Positions 51,419 to 60,188 of a stretch of DNA of 64,000 nucleotides are shown piece by piece (position 1 is the stretch's first letter; the number at the start of each line of letters is the position of its first letter). Under the pieces are notes generated by a model. That model was not told the DNA's origin and did not search any database. It saw only the letters and a program-made list of their open reading frames with translations. The stretch spans positions 3,092-67,091 of the forward strand of contig JAZDKA010000009.1 of assembly GCA_043803385.1 (NCBI GenBank), given 5' to 3'. A program made the position numbers and the translations under genes. This DNA comes from Patescibacteria group bacterium (GTDB taxonomy: Bacteria > Patescibacteriota > Minisyncoccia > Moranbacterales > JAKLHP01).

Positions 51419-51793
51419 ATGAAAATTATTTTAGGAATCTGTACTATTTTAGGTGCAATAGGCGCAATAGCATATTTTAATTATTTGCTAGCAATTATTA
51501 AATGGTGGCCGAGTGGATGGCTCGTATCATTGTTTTTGGTTTTCACTATTATGTACCAGAAGAGGTTAGGATATTATAGAAAGAAATATGGACCAAATAA
51601 CGATAGAAAAGTAATAAATTTTGGCGGCAGAAAGACCTATCTTCTCGAGGATGATAAATATCTTAGATGGATTAAAAATGAAAAGACTTTTTTTGAACTT
51701 GGTTATGACTGGGAAAGTGTAATTCATTCTAGTAAAGAAAACAAAGATAGATATACCGAGCTCAATCCAATTTCCATTTGTTATTTCAAATAA
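51419..51793 (+). CDS. Hypothetical membrane protein
   Basis: Two TMs; FFELGYDWE motif. Confidence 0.6.
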   Translation: MKIILGICTILGAIGAIAYFNYLLAIIKWWPSGWLVSLFLVFTIMYQKRLGYYRKKYGPNNDRKVINFGGRKTYLLEDDKYLRWIKNEKTFFELGYDWESVIHSSKENKDRYTELNPISICYFK

Positions 51794-52026
51794 TTAATTT
51801 TAATTTAAAAAGAGATGATCTTGAAAGGCTCAAAAATTTATTTGTAAATTGTAAACAATTGATTGCGTACATGACAAAGTTATCCCAAAATCATCCTTTT
51901 ATAATCGCGGCTCGGAGGTTGGACACTATCTCTAATTCGCCCCAGAAGTACAGCGAAGCTGACTACGGGGCAAGCGTGAATAGGAGAATATGGAAAATAA
52001 GTAAGCAATTAATTGCGTACATAGTA

Positions 52027-52803
52027 ATGGAAAAACAAATCCTTAAAAAGAAGCTAATCTTAAAAATTGGAACTTCTACGCTTACGGCCGGTACGAATAG
52101 AATTTCATATGCAAAAATTGAAGATATCGCAAGACAAATAACCGTGCTTAAAGATGATTACGATGTTGTTTTAGTTTCTTCTGGTGCCATTGCGACTGCA
52201 AAACAATTCGTGGATATTACCGGTTGCAGTAAATACATAGATTCAAAACAAGCGATGGCTGCGATCGGACAGCCAAAATTGATGAAAATATATGACGAAA
52301 TTTTTAGTAGCTTTGGACTAAAAATTGCACAATGTCTGATGACTTACAGGGATTTTGAAAATGCGACAGCAAAAACAAACACTAAAAATACGGTTAGCAA
52401 GCTCTTAGAATATAATTACATTCCTATCATTAATGAAAATGATACAGTAGCGGTTGAAGAAATAATTTTAGGCGACAATGATAAATTATCCGCTCTGGTG
52501 GCAATAATTTTCAATGCTGATTTGCTAGTTATTGCTTCTGATATCAATGGGCTTTATGACCAAAACCCGCATCTTAATAAAGAAGCAAGACTTGTTCGGG
52601 AAGTAACAAATTTAAAACAAGCCAAGTCATTTACTCAAGAAAAAAAATCCAATCTGGGGACTGGGGGCATGACATCAAAAATCCAGGCTGCGGAGATCTG
52701 CAAGCAAAAACATGTTGAAATGTGGATTGTTAATGGCAGCAGAAATAATTTCTTAATTAATGCGCTTCATGGCAAAATATCCTTTACAAAATTTAGGCTA
52801 TAA
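52027..52803 (+). CDS. proB: Glutamate 5-kinase (no PUA domain)
   Basis: LKIGTSTL, VSSGAIA, AAIGQ, PIINENDTV, GDNDKLSA, GTGGMTSK; ATG 52027 preferred. Confidence 0.93.
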   Translation: MEKQILKKKLILKIGTSTLTAGTNRISYAKIEDIARQITVLKDDYDVVLVSSGAIATAKQFVDITGCSKYIDSKQAMAAIGQPKLMKIYDEIFSSFGLKIAQCLMTYRDFENATAKTNTKNTVSKLLEYNYIPIINENDTVAVEEIILGDNDKLSALVAIIFNADLLVIASDINGLYDQNPHLNKEARLVREVTNLKQAKSFTQEKKSNLGTGGMTSKIQAAEICKQKHVEMWIVNGSRNNFLINALHGKISFTKFRL

Positions 52804-52804
52804 T

Positions 52805-52831
52805 CTATATCGAGGTCGAACCTCGATATAG
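52805..52831. repeat. AGGT-N3-ACCT hairpin (related copy 60215-60235)
   Basis: CTATATCGAGGT-CGA-ACCTCGATATAG. Confidence 0.8.
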
Positions 52832-52886
52832 TAGAACCATTGATTACTATCTCTAATTCGCACGAATAGGAGAATAAGGAAATAAG

Positions 52887-52921
52887 TCCCAGTTAAATAT
52901 GGCAAAGGCCATTTAACGGGA
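52887..52921. repeat. CCC-GTTAAAT palindromic element
   Basis: TCCCAGTTAAAT...ATTTAACGGGA. Confidence 0.8.
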
Positions 52922-52935
52922 TAAATAATTTCAAA

Positions 52936-53457
52936 ATGATTTTGAAAGGCGGGAAAATTTATTTGCAAGAAGGGTTAAGGGAGGAAGATTATCCTTTGAT
53001 TTTAAAAGGCTATACGGATTTGAGCGTGATTGGATTTGTGTGCTTTGCTAAAGAGTCAATTAAACTCAAAACAGTTGAAGAGACAAGAAGATTTTTTCAT
53101 GAAATTGAATCAGAAATTGTTTTTGGGATTTATGATTTGGAAGACAAATTTATTGGGTATACATCACTTGAAAAGATGAAAAATGGGGAATATGAATTCG
53201 GAATTTTAATTTTGGATAAAAATTGTTGGAACAAGGGAATTGGAGCGGAGGCAACGAGGTTGACCCTAGATTATGCTTTTAATAATCTTGGATTAAGCCG
53301 AGTGTTTTTGAATGTCAGTGAATATCATAAAAAAGCTATGGAGCTTTATGAAAACCTGGGTTTTAAAAAATTTAATTTAATTCCCAATGACCGGGAAATT
53401 TTTCTGGACGAAAAATGGCTTCCCAGCGGAACGGTGGAAATGGAATTAAATAAGTAA
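52936..53457 (+). CDS. GNAT family N-acetyltransferase (RimJ/RimL-like)
   Basis: WNKGIG, YAF..LGL.RV, LYENLGF. Confidence 0.9.
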   Translation: MILKGGKIYLQEGLREEDYPLILKGYTDLSVIGFVCFAKESIKLKTVEETRRFFHEIESEIVFGIYDLEDKFIGYTSLEKMKNGEYEFGILILDKNCWNKGIGAEATRLTLDYAFNNLGLSRVFLNVSEYHKKAMELYENLGFKKFNLIPNDREIFLDEKWLPSGTVEMELNK

Positions 53458-53550
53458 TTAAAATAACCCCAGCTAAATAATGCGGATATTTAACAGGGTA
53501 AAAATCCTGTGTGAATAATCCGGATATTCAACAGGGTAAAAATATGAAAA
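53455..53550. repeat. Two tandem copies of junction palindrome
   Basis: ...AATAAT.CGGATATTYAACAGGGTAAAAAT twice; third copy at 54196-54250. Confidence 0.85.
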
Positions 53551-54197
53551 ATATCTTGCGACCGGCTAAAACAAAAATAATTATTCATCTCCTTTTGTCT
53601 CTCTGTTTTATTTTGGCAGTTATTTTTTTGCCAATAAGCGGATTTGGCAAAGTTTTTTCCGAATTTTCTTTCCTAAGGAAGATTTCAAGTTTTTTCATTA
53701 GCTGGCTTGCCAGTTTTATTATTTATTATCCTTTGACTTTTGGCATTGCATATATTATCGGCTCTATCAGGAATTCTCTTTATAACGCTAAAGAAATTAT
53801 TCTGGCTTTAGTTTTTATCGCTATCTTTAATCCTTTCACACTGGCTTTTGCCGTTTCCAACCTGATTCCTAAAAAAGCATTAGCTCCCGGCAACGCTGTA
53901 GAAAATAATATCCAGCCGGAATCGGTTTGCGGGCTTAGAATCAATGATTTTGCTGCCGGATCAAAGATGGAAGAAGCGGGAATCGGAAAAGGGGATATCA
54001 TAATGAAATTCAATGAAGCGGAATTAAAATCTATCCAGGACATATTCAACCAATTGGAGAAAAAGAGACCGGGAGACAAGGTTAGCCTGGAAACAGACAA
54101 AGGATTAAAAACAGTGGAACTGATAAGAAACACCAATAATCCCAATGCTCCGGCTCTGGGAGTTGTATTAGAACCAAGCTCCTGCAGAAATGATTAA
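53544..54197 (+). CDS. Membrane protein with C-terminal PDZ domain
   Basis: Three TMs; GS..EEAGI.KGDII.KFN. Confidence 0.82.
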   Translation: MKNILRPAKTKIIIHLLLSLCFILAVIFLPISGFGKVFSEFSFLRKISSFFISWLASFIIYYPLTFGIAYIIGSIRNSLYNAKEIILALVFIAIFNPFTLAFAVSNLIPKKALAPGNAVENNIQPESVCGLRINDFAAGSKMEEAGIGKGDIIMKFNEAELKSIQDIFNQLEKKRPGDKVSLETDKGLKTVELIRNTNNPNAPALGVVLEPSSCRND

Positions 54198-54250
54198 TAA
54201 ATAACCCCAATTAAATAACTCGGATATTTAACAAGGTAAAAATATGAAAA
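54196..54250. repeat. Junction palindrome, third copy
   Basis: AAATAACCCCAATTAAATAACTCGGATATTTAACAAGGTAAAAATATGAAAA. Confidence 0.85.
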
Positions 54251-55350
54251 AAGAACTTGTTAAAAGAGACAGTTTAATTTTTATCTTAGCAATGGCGTTT
54301 TTTCTGGTCGGATGCGCCAAGAATAATCAAAAAAATGTTCCGGAAGATAAGGAAATTGGCAGCGCTAAAAATATTTCGAACCAAGAAAATGTTGCCAATG
54401 CGAATTCGAAATTCGGATTTTTGGTTGATGCCAGAGATCCCCAGGACGTTTTCGTTGCTGTCCAAAAAACTGGAGCCGCTTGGCTCCGTCCGCATGTCGG
54501 AAGTTTTATCTGGGGAGAGATAGAAAAATCACCGGGCAATCTTAATTTCAGCCAGACCGATGCGTTGGTCAAAAAAGCCCAGCAATACAATTTTAATCTT
54601 TTGATAACTATCTGGCCGTATGCTAGCTGGCAATATCAGGACGCGGGAAGCCGCAGCCGCTGCGATGTCGGCGAAGAAAGCGGTTTTTCGGAAGATTTGC
54701 CACGTTATCGCTGCAATCCTACCGATTGGAATTTTTACCAGAAATGGCTTTCATCGGCAGTGGAACGTTATGACGGAGATGGCCAGGATGATATGCCCGG
54801 GCTCGCTAAACCTATAAAATACTGGGAAATAGGAAACGAACCGGATTTAAAAGACCCAGGACTTACTTTTTATAAAGGAACCCCCCAGGATTATGCAGAG
54901 CTTTTGCAAAAAAGTTTTGAAAGCGTGAAAAAAGCTGATTCGGAGGCAAAAGTAGTCATTGCCGGCGCAGCCGGAACGAGTCCTGATTTTGCCAAATTTT
55001 GGAATGAATTTTTTGGAATTAAAGATATTGGAAATTATTTCGATATCGGCAACATCCATGCGATATCGGGCGGAAATAGGAAGGATTTAAATGTTTCCGA
55101 TTATCAAAGGTGGCTTTCAGAAAGAAATATCAAGAAGCCGGTTTGGGTAACCGAAGCTGAAGGGAAGATAAAATCTAAAAATGTCCAGGATAACGCCAAG
55201 GAATTAAATGATTTAGTTGATAGCGCGCTTAAAGCAGGGGCCGAAAAAATATTTTTTACCCACGCTTCATTAACCGGCGCTCAAGACCGATATAACCCTC
55301 AAGTTATCGTAAAAGAAGCGCAATATTACAAAAATATCATCCAGCAATAG
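54244..55350 (+). CDS. Lipoprotein, clan GH-A glycoside hydrolase
   Basis: Lipobox LVGC; YWEIGNEPD; PVWVTE. Confidence 0.85.
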   Translation: MKKELVKRDSLIFILAMAFFLVGCAKNNQKNVPEDKEIGSAKNISNQENVANANSKFGFLVDARDPQDVFVAVQKTGAAWLRPHVGSFIWGEIEKSPGNLNFSQTDALVKKAQQYNFNLLITIWPYASWQYQDAGSRSRCDVGEESGFSEDLPRYRCNPTDWNFYQKWLSSAVERYDGDGQDDMPGLAKPIKYWEIGNEPDLKDPGLTFYKGTPQDYAELLQKSFESVKKADSEAKVVIAGAAGTSPDFAKFWNEFFGIKDIGNYFDIGNIHAISGGNRKDLNVSDYQRWLSERNIKKPVWVTEAEGKIKSKNVQDNAKELNDLVDSALKAGAEKIFFTHASLTGAQDRYNPQVIVKEAQYYKNIIQQ

Positions 55351-55416
55351 ATTTTTAATTGGCGTTTTTGTATTTTTTATTGTATAATTTAAGGCATAAA
55401 AAATAAAAACAAAAAT

Positions 55417-56405
55417 ATGCCAGAAGAATTAAAGCCCAATGCGGCGCCTATTCCCAAAAAAACTTTAACTAATTTCCAGACAGTAGTCATTACCGTCGTA
55501 GTTTTTCTGGTTTTGCTGGGCAGCGTTTTTTTGGCGATATATATGGTTAAAAAATACCGGAATGTAGCCGGCATTTTAAAAAGTTCAACTAATTCTCAAA
55601 AAACCGCAACTCCAAGCTCGCCAGCTGTTGAGTTGCCGGCGCCGCCTGCGGAAGATCTTAGCAGCGAAGCCGCTCTTCCTGAAGAGCCAGCTTTAGTTCC
55701 GGAGCCAACGGTTCCAGCAGTAGGCACTTCAGTAATAAAAAAGCCGATTTGTATGTTAAAAGTTACTATTTTAGTGAAACCCCCGAAGTTGACCATGAAT
55801 TTACCGTTTATGTAGTTATCGGCAACAAAGGACAAGCCGAAGCCAGAAACTTTTTTTGGGAATGGTGGCCGACCAGCGCTGGAAGGGCATGCAAGGAAGA
55901 AGTAGATGTTATCTGGGCTGGAGGCGTCAGAACAGTAGAATGCGATTATACTTATTCAGACCATGCGAATTATTCCACTAAAGTCATTGTTGATTCAGAA
56001 TACGATGTAGACGAAAGCAATGAATATAATAATATTTCCACTAGGGTAGTGAATCCCATTCATGAAGAGGAAAAGCCCGATTTGTATGTTAGCGCACTCT
56101 CATTCAATCATAATCCAGTAATGGGAGAAGAATTTAGAGTCAGGATCACTATTAAAAATAGGGGCGGGGAGACTTCTGAACATTCTGACTGGGAATGGTG
56201 GGCGACTATCTCAGCCCCAGCCCCGGCTTGCGACGGCGAGATTGGCGGGCTGGACGCTGGTGAAAGCGATACCGTCAATTGTGACTATACTTATGGAGGC
56301 TGGGCGAACTATACCACCAAAGCTATTGTGGACAAGAATGATGATGTTAATGAAAGCAATGAAGGCAACAACACTTACACTAAAACCGTAATGCCAATCC
56401 ACTAA
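55417..56405 (+). CDS. Membrane-anchored two-CARDB-domain protein split by a -1 frameshift at ~55740
   Basis: ORF 55417-55815 (TM, Pro-rich linker) overlaps -1 frame ORF with two DLYV...V.ESNE.NN repeats. Confidence 0.75.
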
Positions 56406-56495
56406 ATAAAAAAGATTAAATAAACTAGGCCGGGAATCTTCCTGGCCTTTTTTCTTGAAATAGGAGAGAAAGGGGAGTAATATTGAAATATAAGG

Positions 56496-56519
56496 AAATA
56501 CTTATTTAAATAAGTATTT
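56496..56519. promoter_or_regulatory. 24-bp perfect palindrome, putative operator
   Basis: AAATACTTATTTAAATAAGTATTT upstream of AbrB-like gene. Confidence 0.6.
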
Positions 56520-56541
56520 TAATACGTATTTTATTAATATT

Positions 56542-56721
56542 ATGGGCATTAGAAAAACGGGGGAGGAAAATATTAGAAAATTAACCAAAATCGGAACTAC
56601 TTCCTTGGGTCTCACGCTTCCAAAGGAGATAGTGAAAAGTCTCGGCTGGCGCGAAAAACAAAGAGTTAAGATTAAACGAATAAAAGGCGGATTAGTTATT
56701 AGAGATTATAGAAATAAATGA
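56542..56721 (+). CDS. AbrB/MazE/SpoVT-type DNA-binding protein (59 aa, absent from ORF track)
   Basis: IRKLTKIGTTSLGLTLPKEIVKSLGWREKQRVKI. Confidence 0.85.
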   Translation: MGIRKTGEENIRKLTKIGTTSLGLTLPKEIVKSLGWREKQRVKIKRIKGGLVIRDYRNK

Positions 56722-56725
56722 TTTT

Positions 56726-57268
56726 ATGATTAAATGGATATTGATCGTAGCGACAGTAATATTTTACGCAATTCGTTTTAGAGTTGGTGTGCTCAAGCGC
56801 GCTTCAAAAAATAAAATCAGTATTCCACTTTTTATCGGTGAAATATTGATAGTAATTTTAGTCGTAGTTCAACTTTCCGATATCGATCCGTTTAAATTCA
56901 AAGTGCCGCTCTTAGTTAATTATCTCGGACTTGCGTTGGCTTTAGCGGCAGCACTATTTGCTAGTATTGCTAGGATTTCTCTCAAAAAAAATTACGTTCC
57001 TGCTTCGGCTGCCAGTTTGCCGGAAAATTTAACTACTGGCGGAGTATATAAAATAGTCAGGCATCCTTCGTATCTGGGAACACTTTTGGCGCTGATCGGC
57101 TTTGAGCTGACGCTAAGCAGTTATTTTATTTTTATCGCCTTGATTTTCCTGGTCATAATTGTGAAACAGATTGAAAAAGAAGAAAAGATGCTAGCTGAAT
57201 ATTATAAGGATGAATGGCAGGTTTTCTCGAAAAGAACACCATATAAATTAATTCCGTTTATTTATTGA
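56726..57268 (+). CDS. Isoprenylcysteine carboxyl methyltransferase family membrane protein
   Basis: L.TGG.YKIVRHPSY.G; EEKML; IPFIY. Confidence 0.88.
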   Translation: MIKWILIVATVIFYAIRFRVGVLKRASKNKISIPLFIGEILIVILVVVQLSDIDPFKFKVPLLVNYLGLALALAAALFASIARISLKKNYVPASAASLPENLTTGGVYKIVRHPSYLGTLLALIGFELTLSSYFIFIALIFLVIIVKQIEKEEKMLAEYYKDEWQVFSKRTPYKLIPFIY

Positions 57269-57283
57269 GAGATATTTAATTGC

Positions 57284-57349
57284 TAGAAGCATGAAATAAA
57301 GAAAAATCCGGAAAAATCATTGGGGGAAATAATAAAATTTTTAAAGTAA
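57284..57349 (+). pseudogene. 3' remnant of a Vsr-like gene (near-copy of 51347)
   Basis: *KHEIKKNPEKSLGEIIKFLK*. Confidence 0.65.
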
Positions 57350-57386
57350 GTATTTAAATAATGATTTTGAAAGGCGGGAAGAAATG

Positions 57387-57420
57387 GCCCTGTTGAATGG
57401 TAAAAAAATTTAACAGGGTA
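57387..57420. repeat. CCCTGTT palindromic element
   Basis: CCCTGTTGAAT...ATTTAACAGGGTA. Confidence 0.8.
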
Positions 57421-57462
57421 AAAACTGAAAAACAAATATCCTGAATTTTTTATGATGAATAA

Positions 57463-57873
57463 ATGGAAAGAATAAAGCAGAAAGTGTTTAAGGGCATAGT
57501 AGAAACCGGAGTGGCTGATATTCCGGATAGATTTTTGCAGAAATTAAATAATGTGTCAGTGGTAATTGAAGGCGAGCCTGCGCCGGAGCAAATAGGAAAA
57601 TTCAATCTCCGCCACGGCTGGACATTATTCGGCCTTTATGAAGGCGTGCCCCAAATATCCCGAGGATCTAATTACGGATTGGTGCTTCCGGACAAAATAA
57701 CTATTTTTCAAAAACCAATCGAACAAGCGGCGAGGAATCTTGACGATGTTAAGGAAATTGTAAAAAATACAGTTTGGCACGAAATCGCCCACCATTTTGG
57801 CATGAACGAGGCAGAAGTGCGCCAATCGGAATCCAGAAGAAAAAGTAAAAAATCGAGGACCGTCCTCGAATAA
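57463..57873 (+). CDS. Zincin-like metallopeptidase family protein
   Basis: LFGLYEGVP, PDKITIFQ.PI, HEIAHHFG. Confidence 0.9.
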   Translation: MERIKQKVFKGIVETGVADIPDRFLQKLNNVSVVIEGEPAPEQIGKFNLRHGWTLFGLYEGVPQISRGSNYGLVLPDKITIFQKPIEQAARNLDDVKEIVKNTVWHEIAHHFGMNEAEVRQSESRRKSKKSRTVLE

Positions 57874-57882
57874 ATAAGTAAG

Positions 57883-58953
57883 TTATTTCAGCTTTAAATT
57901 TGCGTCAGTTTCGAGGGTTTTCCAATTTTGGAAAGCCTTTTTCTTTTGCGCCTTTGCCATCTTATTCCATCTGAAATAAGCGGCAACAGCGATCATGGCA
58001 GCATTGTCGCCGGTATATTTAATAGGTGGTAGTTTGTAGGTGGTAGCTGGTAGGTTTTTTTTGATAGCTTCGCCTAATTGTTTGCGTAATTCTTTGTTGG
58101 CGGCAACGCCTCCGGCCAGCATAATTGTTTTGGGATTATATTTTTTGGCGGCCTTAATAGTCTTGGAAACTAAAACGTCAATGACTGCCTGCTGGAATTC
58201 ATGGCACAATTCAAAAATATTTTTTTTATTCTTTAACATTTTTTTGTTTTTTATGGTTTCATATAAAACCGCGGTCTTGAGTCCGGAAAATGAAAAGTCA
58301 AAATTATTCTTATTAATCATCGGACGAGGCAGATTTAGTTTGCAGCTTGTAGTTTGTAGTTTGTAGTCTTTCGCCCATTGGGCGATGGCTGGTCCTCCAG
58401 GATATCCAATATCTAAAATCCTGGCCACTTTATCAAAAGCTTCTCCAACTGCATCGTCCAGGGTCTGGCCAATAATTTCATAACTCATATTTTTTTTCAT
58501 ATATATAAGCTGGGTATGCCCGCCAGAAACGACAAGAGCCAAAATTGGAAATTGGTTATTGGAAATTCCGCTAATTTCATTTATGAAATTAGCGTATATA
58601 TGTCCTTCAATATGATGGATTCCGATGAGCGGTTTTTCCCAGACATAGGAAAGCGTCTTGGCAACATTAGTTCCAATGAGAAGCGCGGGAATAAGTCCCG
58701 GTCCGTTGGTAACAGCGATCAAATCCAAATCATCGGGCTTAACACTGGCCTCTTTGAGGGATAATTTCAGGACCGGAATGATGTTTTTGAGATGTTCTCT
58801 GGCGGCCAGATTAGGAACGACTCCGCCCCATTTGGCGTGAAGTTTGACTTGCGAAGAAACAACATGGGAAAAAATGTTAATTTTCCCATTTTTGCAGTCA
58901 ATTATGGATGCCGCGGTCTCGTCGCAGGATGTTTCAATTCCTAGGATTTTCAT
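57883..58953 (-). CDS. tsaD: tRNA N6-threonylcarbamoyltransferase TsaD
   Basis: LGIETSCDETA, HHIEGH, VSGGHT, DDAVGEAFDK, DNAAMIA. Confidence 0.97.
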   Translation of the reverse strand: MKILGIETSCDETAASIIDCKNGKINIFSHVVSSQVKLHAKWGGVVPNLAAREHLKNIIPVLKLSLKEASVKPDDLDLIAVTNGPGLIPALLIGTNVAKTLSYVWEKPLIGIHHIEGHIYANFINEISGISNNQFPILALVVSGGHTQLIYMKKNMSYEIIGQTLDDAVGEAFDKVARILDIGYPGGPAIAQWAKDYKLQTTSCKLNLPRPMINKNNFDFSFSGLKTAVLYETIKNKKMLKNKKNIFELCHEFQQAVIDVLVSKTIKAAKKYNPKTIMLAGGVAANKELRKQLGEAIKKNLPATTYKLPPIKYTGDNAAMIAVAAYFRWNKMAKAQKKKAFQNWKTLETDANLKLK

Positions 58954-58996
58954 AATTTTAGAAGTTGATTTTTTAGAGGTTTAATGATATATATTG

Positions 58997-59683
58997 ATGG
59001 TAAACCTTAAATTGAAAAAAGCAATGACCATGTCTGATAAAGATTTAAAATCTAAGCATAAAGCCCTGGATCATAAATTAGACGGAATTAAGATGAAGGA
59101 ACTTAGCGATAATGAACTTATCAAGCTTCTTGAGTGCAAAGATTTCAGGGTGCATAATGAGCTGGTAAAAAGATACCAGAGGAGGCTTTTCGTTTATATT
59201 TACCGATTCATTGGAAATAAAGAGGAAGCGGAAGATCTTGTCCAGAACGTTTTTTTCAAGGTATATAAATATTGCAAAAATTTCGATATCGACAGAAAAT
59301 TTTCTTCCTGGATCTATCGGATCGCCCACAACGAAGCAGTCAATCACATGAAAAGAAAAAGCATTAAAAAATTTATTTCACTGGAAGATTTTGTTTCGGA
59401 GAAAGACAGAATAGAGACAAAATCGGAAGCGAAATCTCCCATGGAAGCCTGGATGAGCAAGGAGCTTCGGAAAGAAATGGAAGCTGCTCTCAAAAAAATT
59501 CCTGGCAAATACCGTGAAGTGCTGGAGATGAGATATTTTGCCGAAAAATCATATGAGGAAATAAGCAAGATTATAAAGAAGCCGGTAAATACGGTCGGCA
59601 CGCTTATTAGCAGAGCAAAGAAAAAATTGGAAAGCGTCGTGAGAGCTTCGAGAAAAAGCAGGTCTAAAAAAAGAGCATCTTAG
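58997..59683 (+). CDS. ECF-type RNA polymerase sigma factor
   Basis: AEDLVQNVF, FSSWIYRIA.N, SYEEIS...NTV.T.I.RA; start uncertain. Confidence 0.92.
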   Translation: MVNLKLKKAMTMSDKDLKSKHKALDHKLDGIKMKELSDNELIKLLECKDFRVHNELVKRYQRRLFVYIYRFIGNKEEAEDLVQNVFFKVYKYCKNFDIDRKFSSWIYRIAHNEAVNHMKRKSIKKFISLEDFVSEKDRIETKSEAKSPMEAWMSKELRKEMEAALKKIPGKYREVLEMRYFAEKSYEEISKIIKKPVNTVGTLISRAKKKLESVVRASRKSRSKKRAS

Positions 59684-59821
59684 TTCAGCGGGGATATTTA
59701 GCTGGTTTTTTGAGAATCCGAAATAAAACTTGATTATTTTAGATTTCGTTGCTATTATTTTTATCGTTATAATCTGTTATAATACTTAAGGCATAGCCTT
59801 TGTTTTTATTTTCACGTTTTT

Positions 59822-59883
59822 GGCCCTATCGTCTAGTGGTCCCGCCGAAGGCGGACAAGTAGGACAACAGGTTTTATTCATCC
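59822..59883 (+). pseudogene. Disrupted 5' half of a tRNA-Glu
   Basis: GGCCCTATCGTCTAGTGGT[19-bp hairpin insert]TAGGACAACAGGTTTT..TTCATCC, matching the intact gene downstream. Confidence 0.8.
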
Positions 59884-59910
59884 CCGCACCAAAAATTGAA
59901 ATATAAATAC

Positions 59911-59982
59911 GCCGCCATCGTCTAGTGGTTAGGACAACAGGTTTTCATCCTGTAAACAGGGGTTCGATTCCCCTTGGCGGTA
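59911..59982 (+). tRNA. tRNA-Glu(UUC)
   Basis: GCCGCCA/TGGCGGT acceptor; ACAGG-TT-TTC-AT-CCTGT; TTCGATT. Confidence 0.95.
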
Positions 59983-60039
59983 CATTGATTATTTTAATTT
60001 TTTTGATATAATGAGTTTGTTTTGACAATTTAATATTAT

Positions 60040-60097
60040 TCCGCGGTAGCCCCGACGCAAGGTCGGGGTCCCGACTGAAACGTCGGGACTCAATGGT
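60040..60097 (+). pseudogene. Disrupted 5' fragment of a tRNA-Asn-like gene
   Basis: TCCGCGGTAGC[39-bp double hairpin]TCAATGGT vs intact TCCGGCGTAGCTCAATGGT. Confidence 0.7.
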
Positions 60098-60116
60098 CCC
60101 AGCACCAAACTTTTGC

Positions 60117-60188
60117 TCCGGCGTAGCTCAATGGTAGAGCAGTTGACTGTTAATCAATTGGTTGTAGGTTCGAATCCTACCGCCGGAG
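60117..60188 (+). tRNA. tRNA-Asn(GUU)
   Basis: TCCGGCG/CGCCGGA acceptor; CT-GTT-AA loop; TTCGAAT. Confidence 0.95.

Noticed and set aside
51778-52026. 83-aa N-terminal extension of ProB in the ORF track
   Set aside because: Composed of repeat DNA; kinase similarity starts at ATG 52027
53455-54250. Junction repeats as a CRISPR array
   Set aside because: Spacing is gene-sized, repeats are degenerate, and no cas genes are present
55749-56405. CARDB internal repeats as a DGR template/variable pair
   Set aside because: Differences are not adenine-restricted and no reverse transcriptase is present
52887-57420. Classical integron attC sites
   Set aside because: No RYYYAAC...GTTRRRY polarity and no intI in the window
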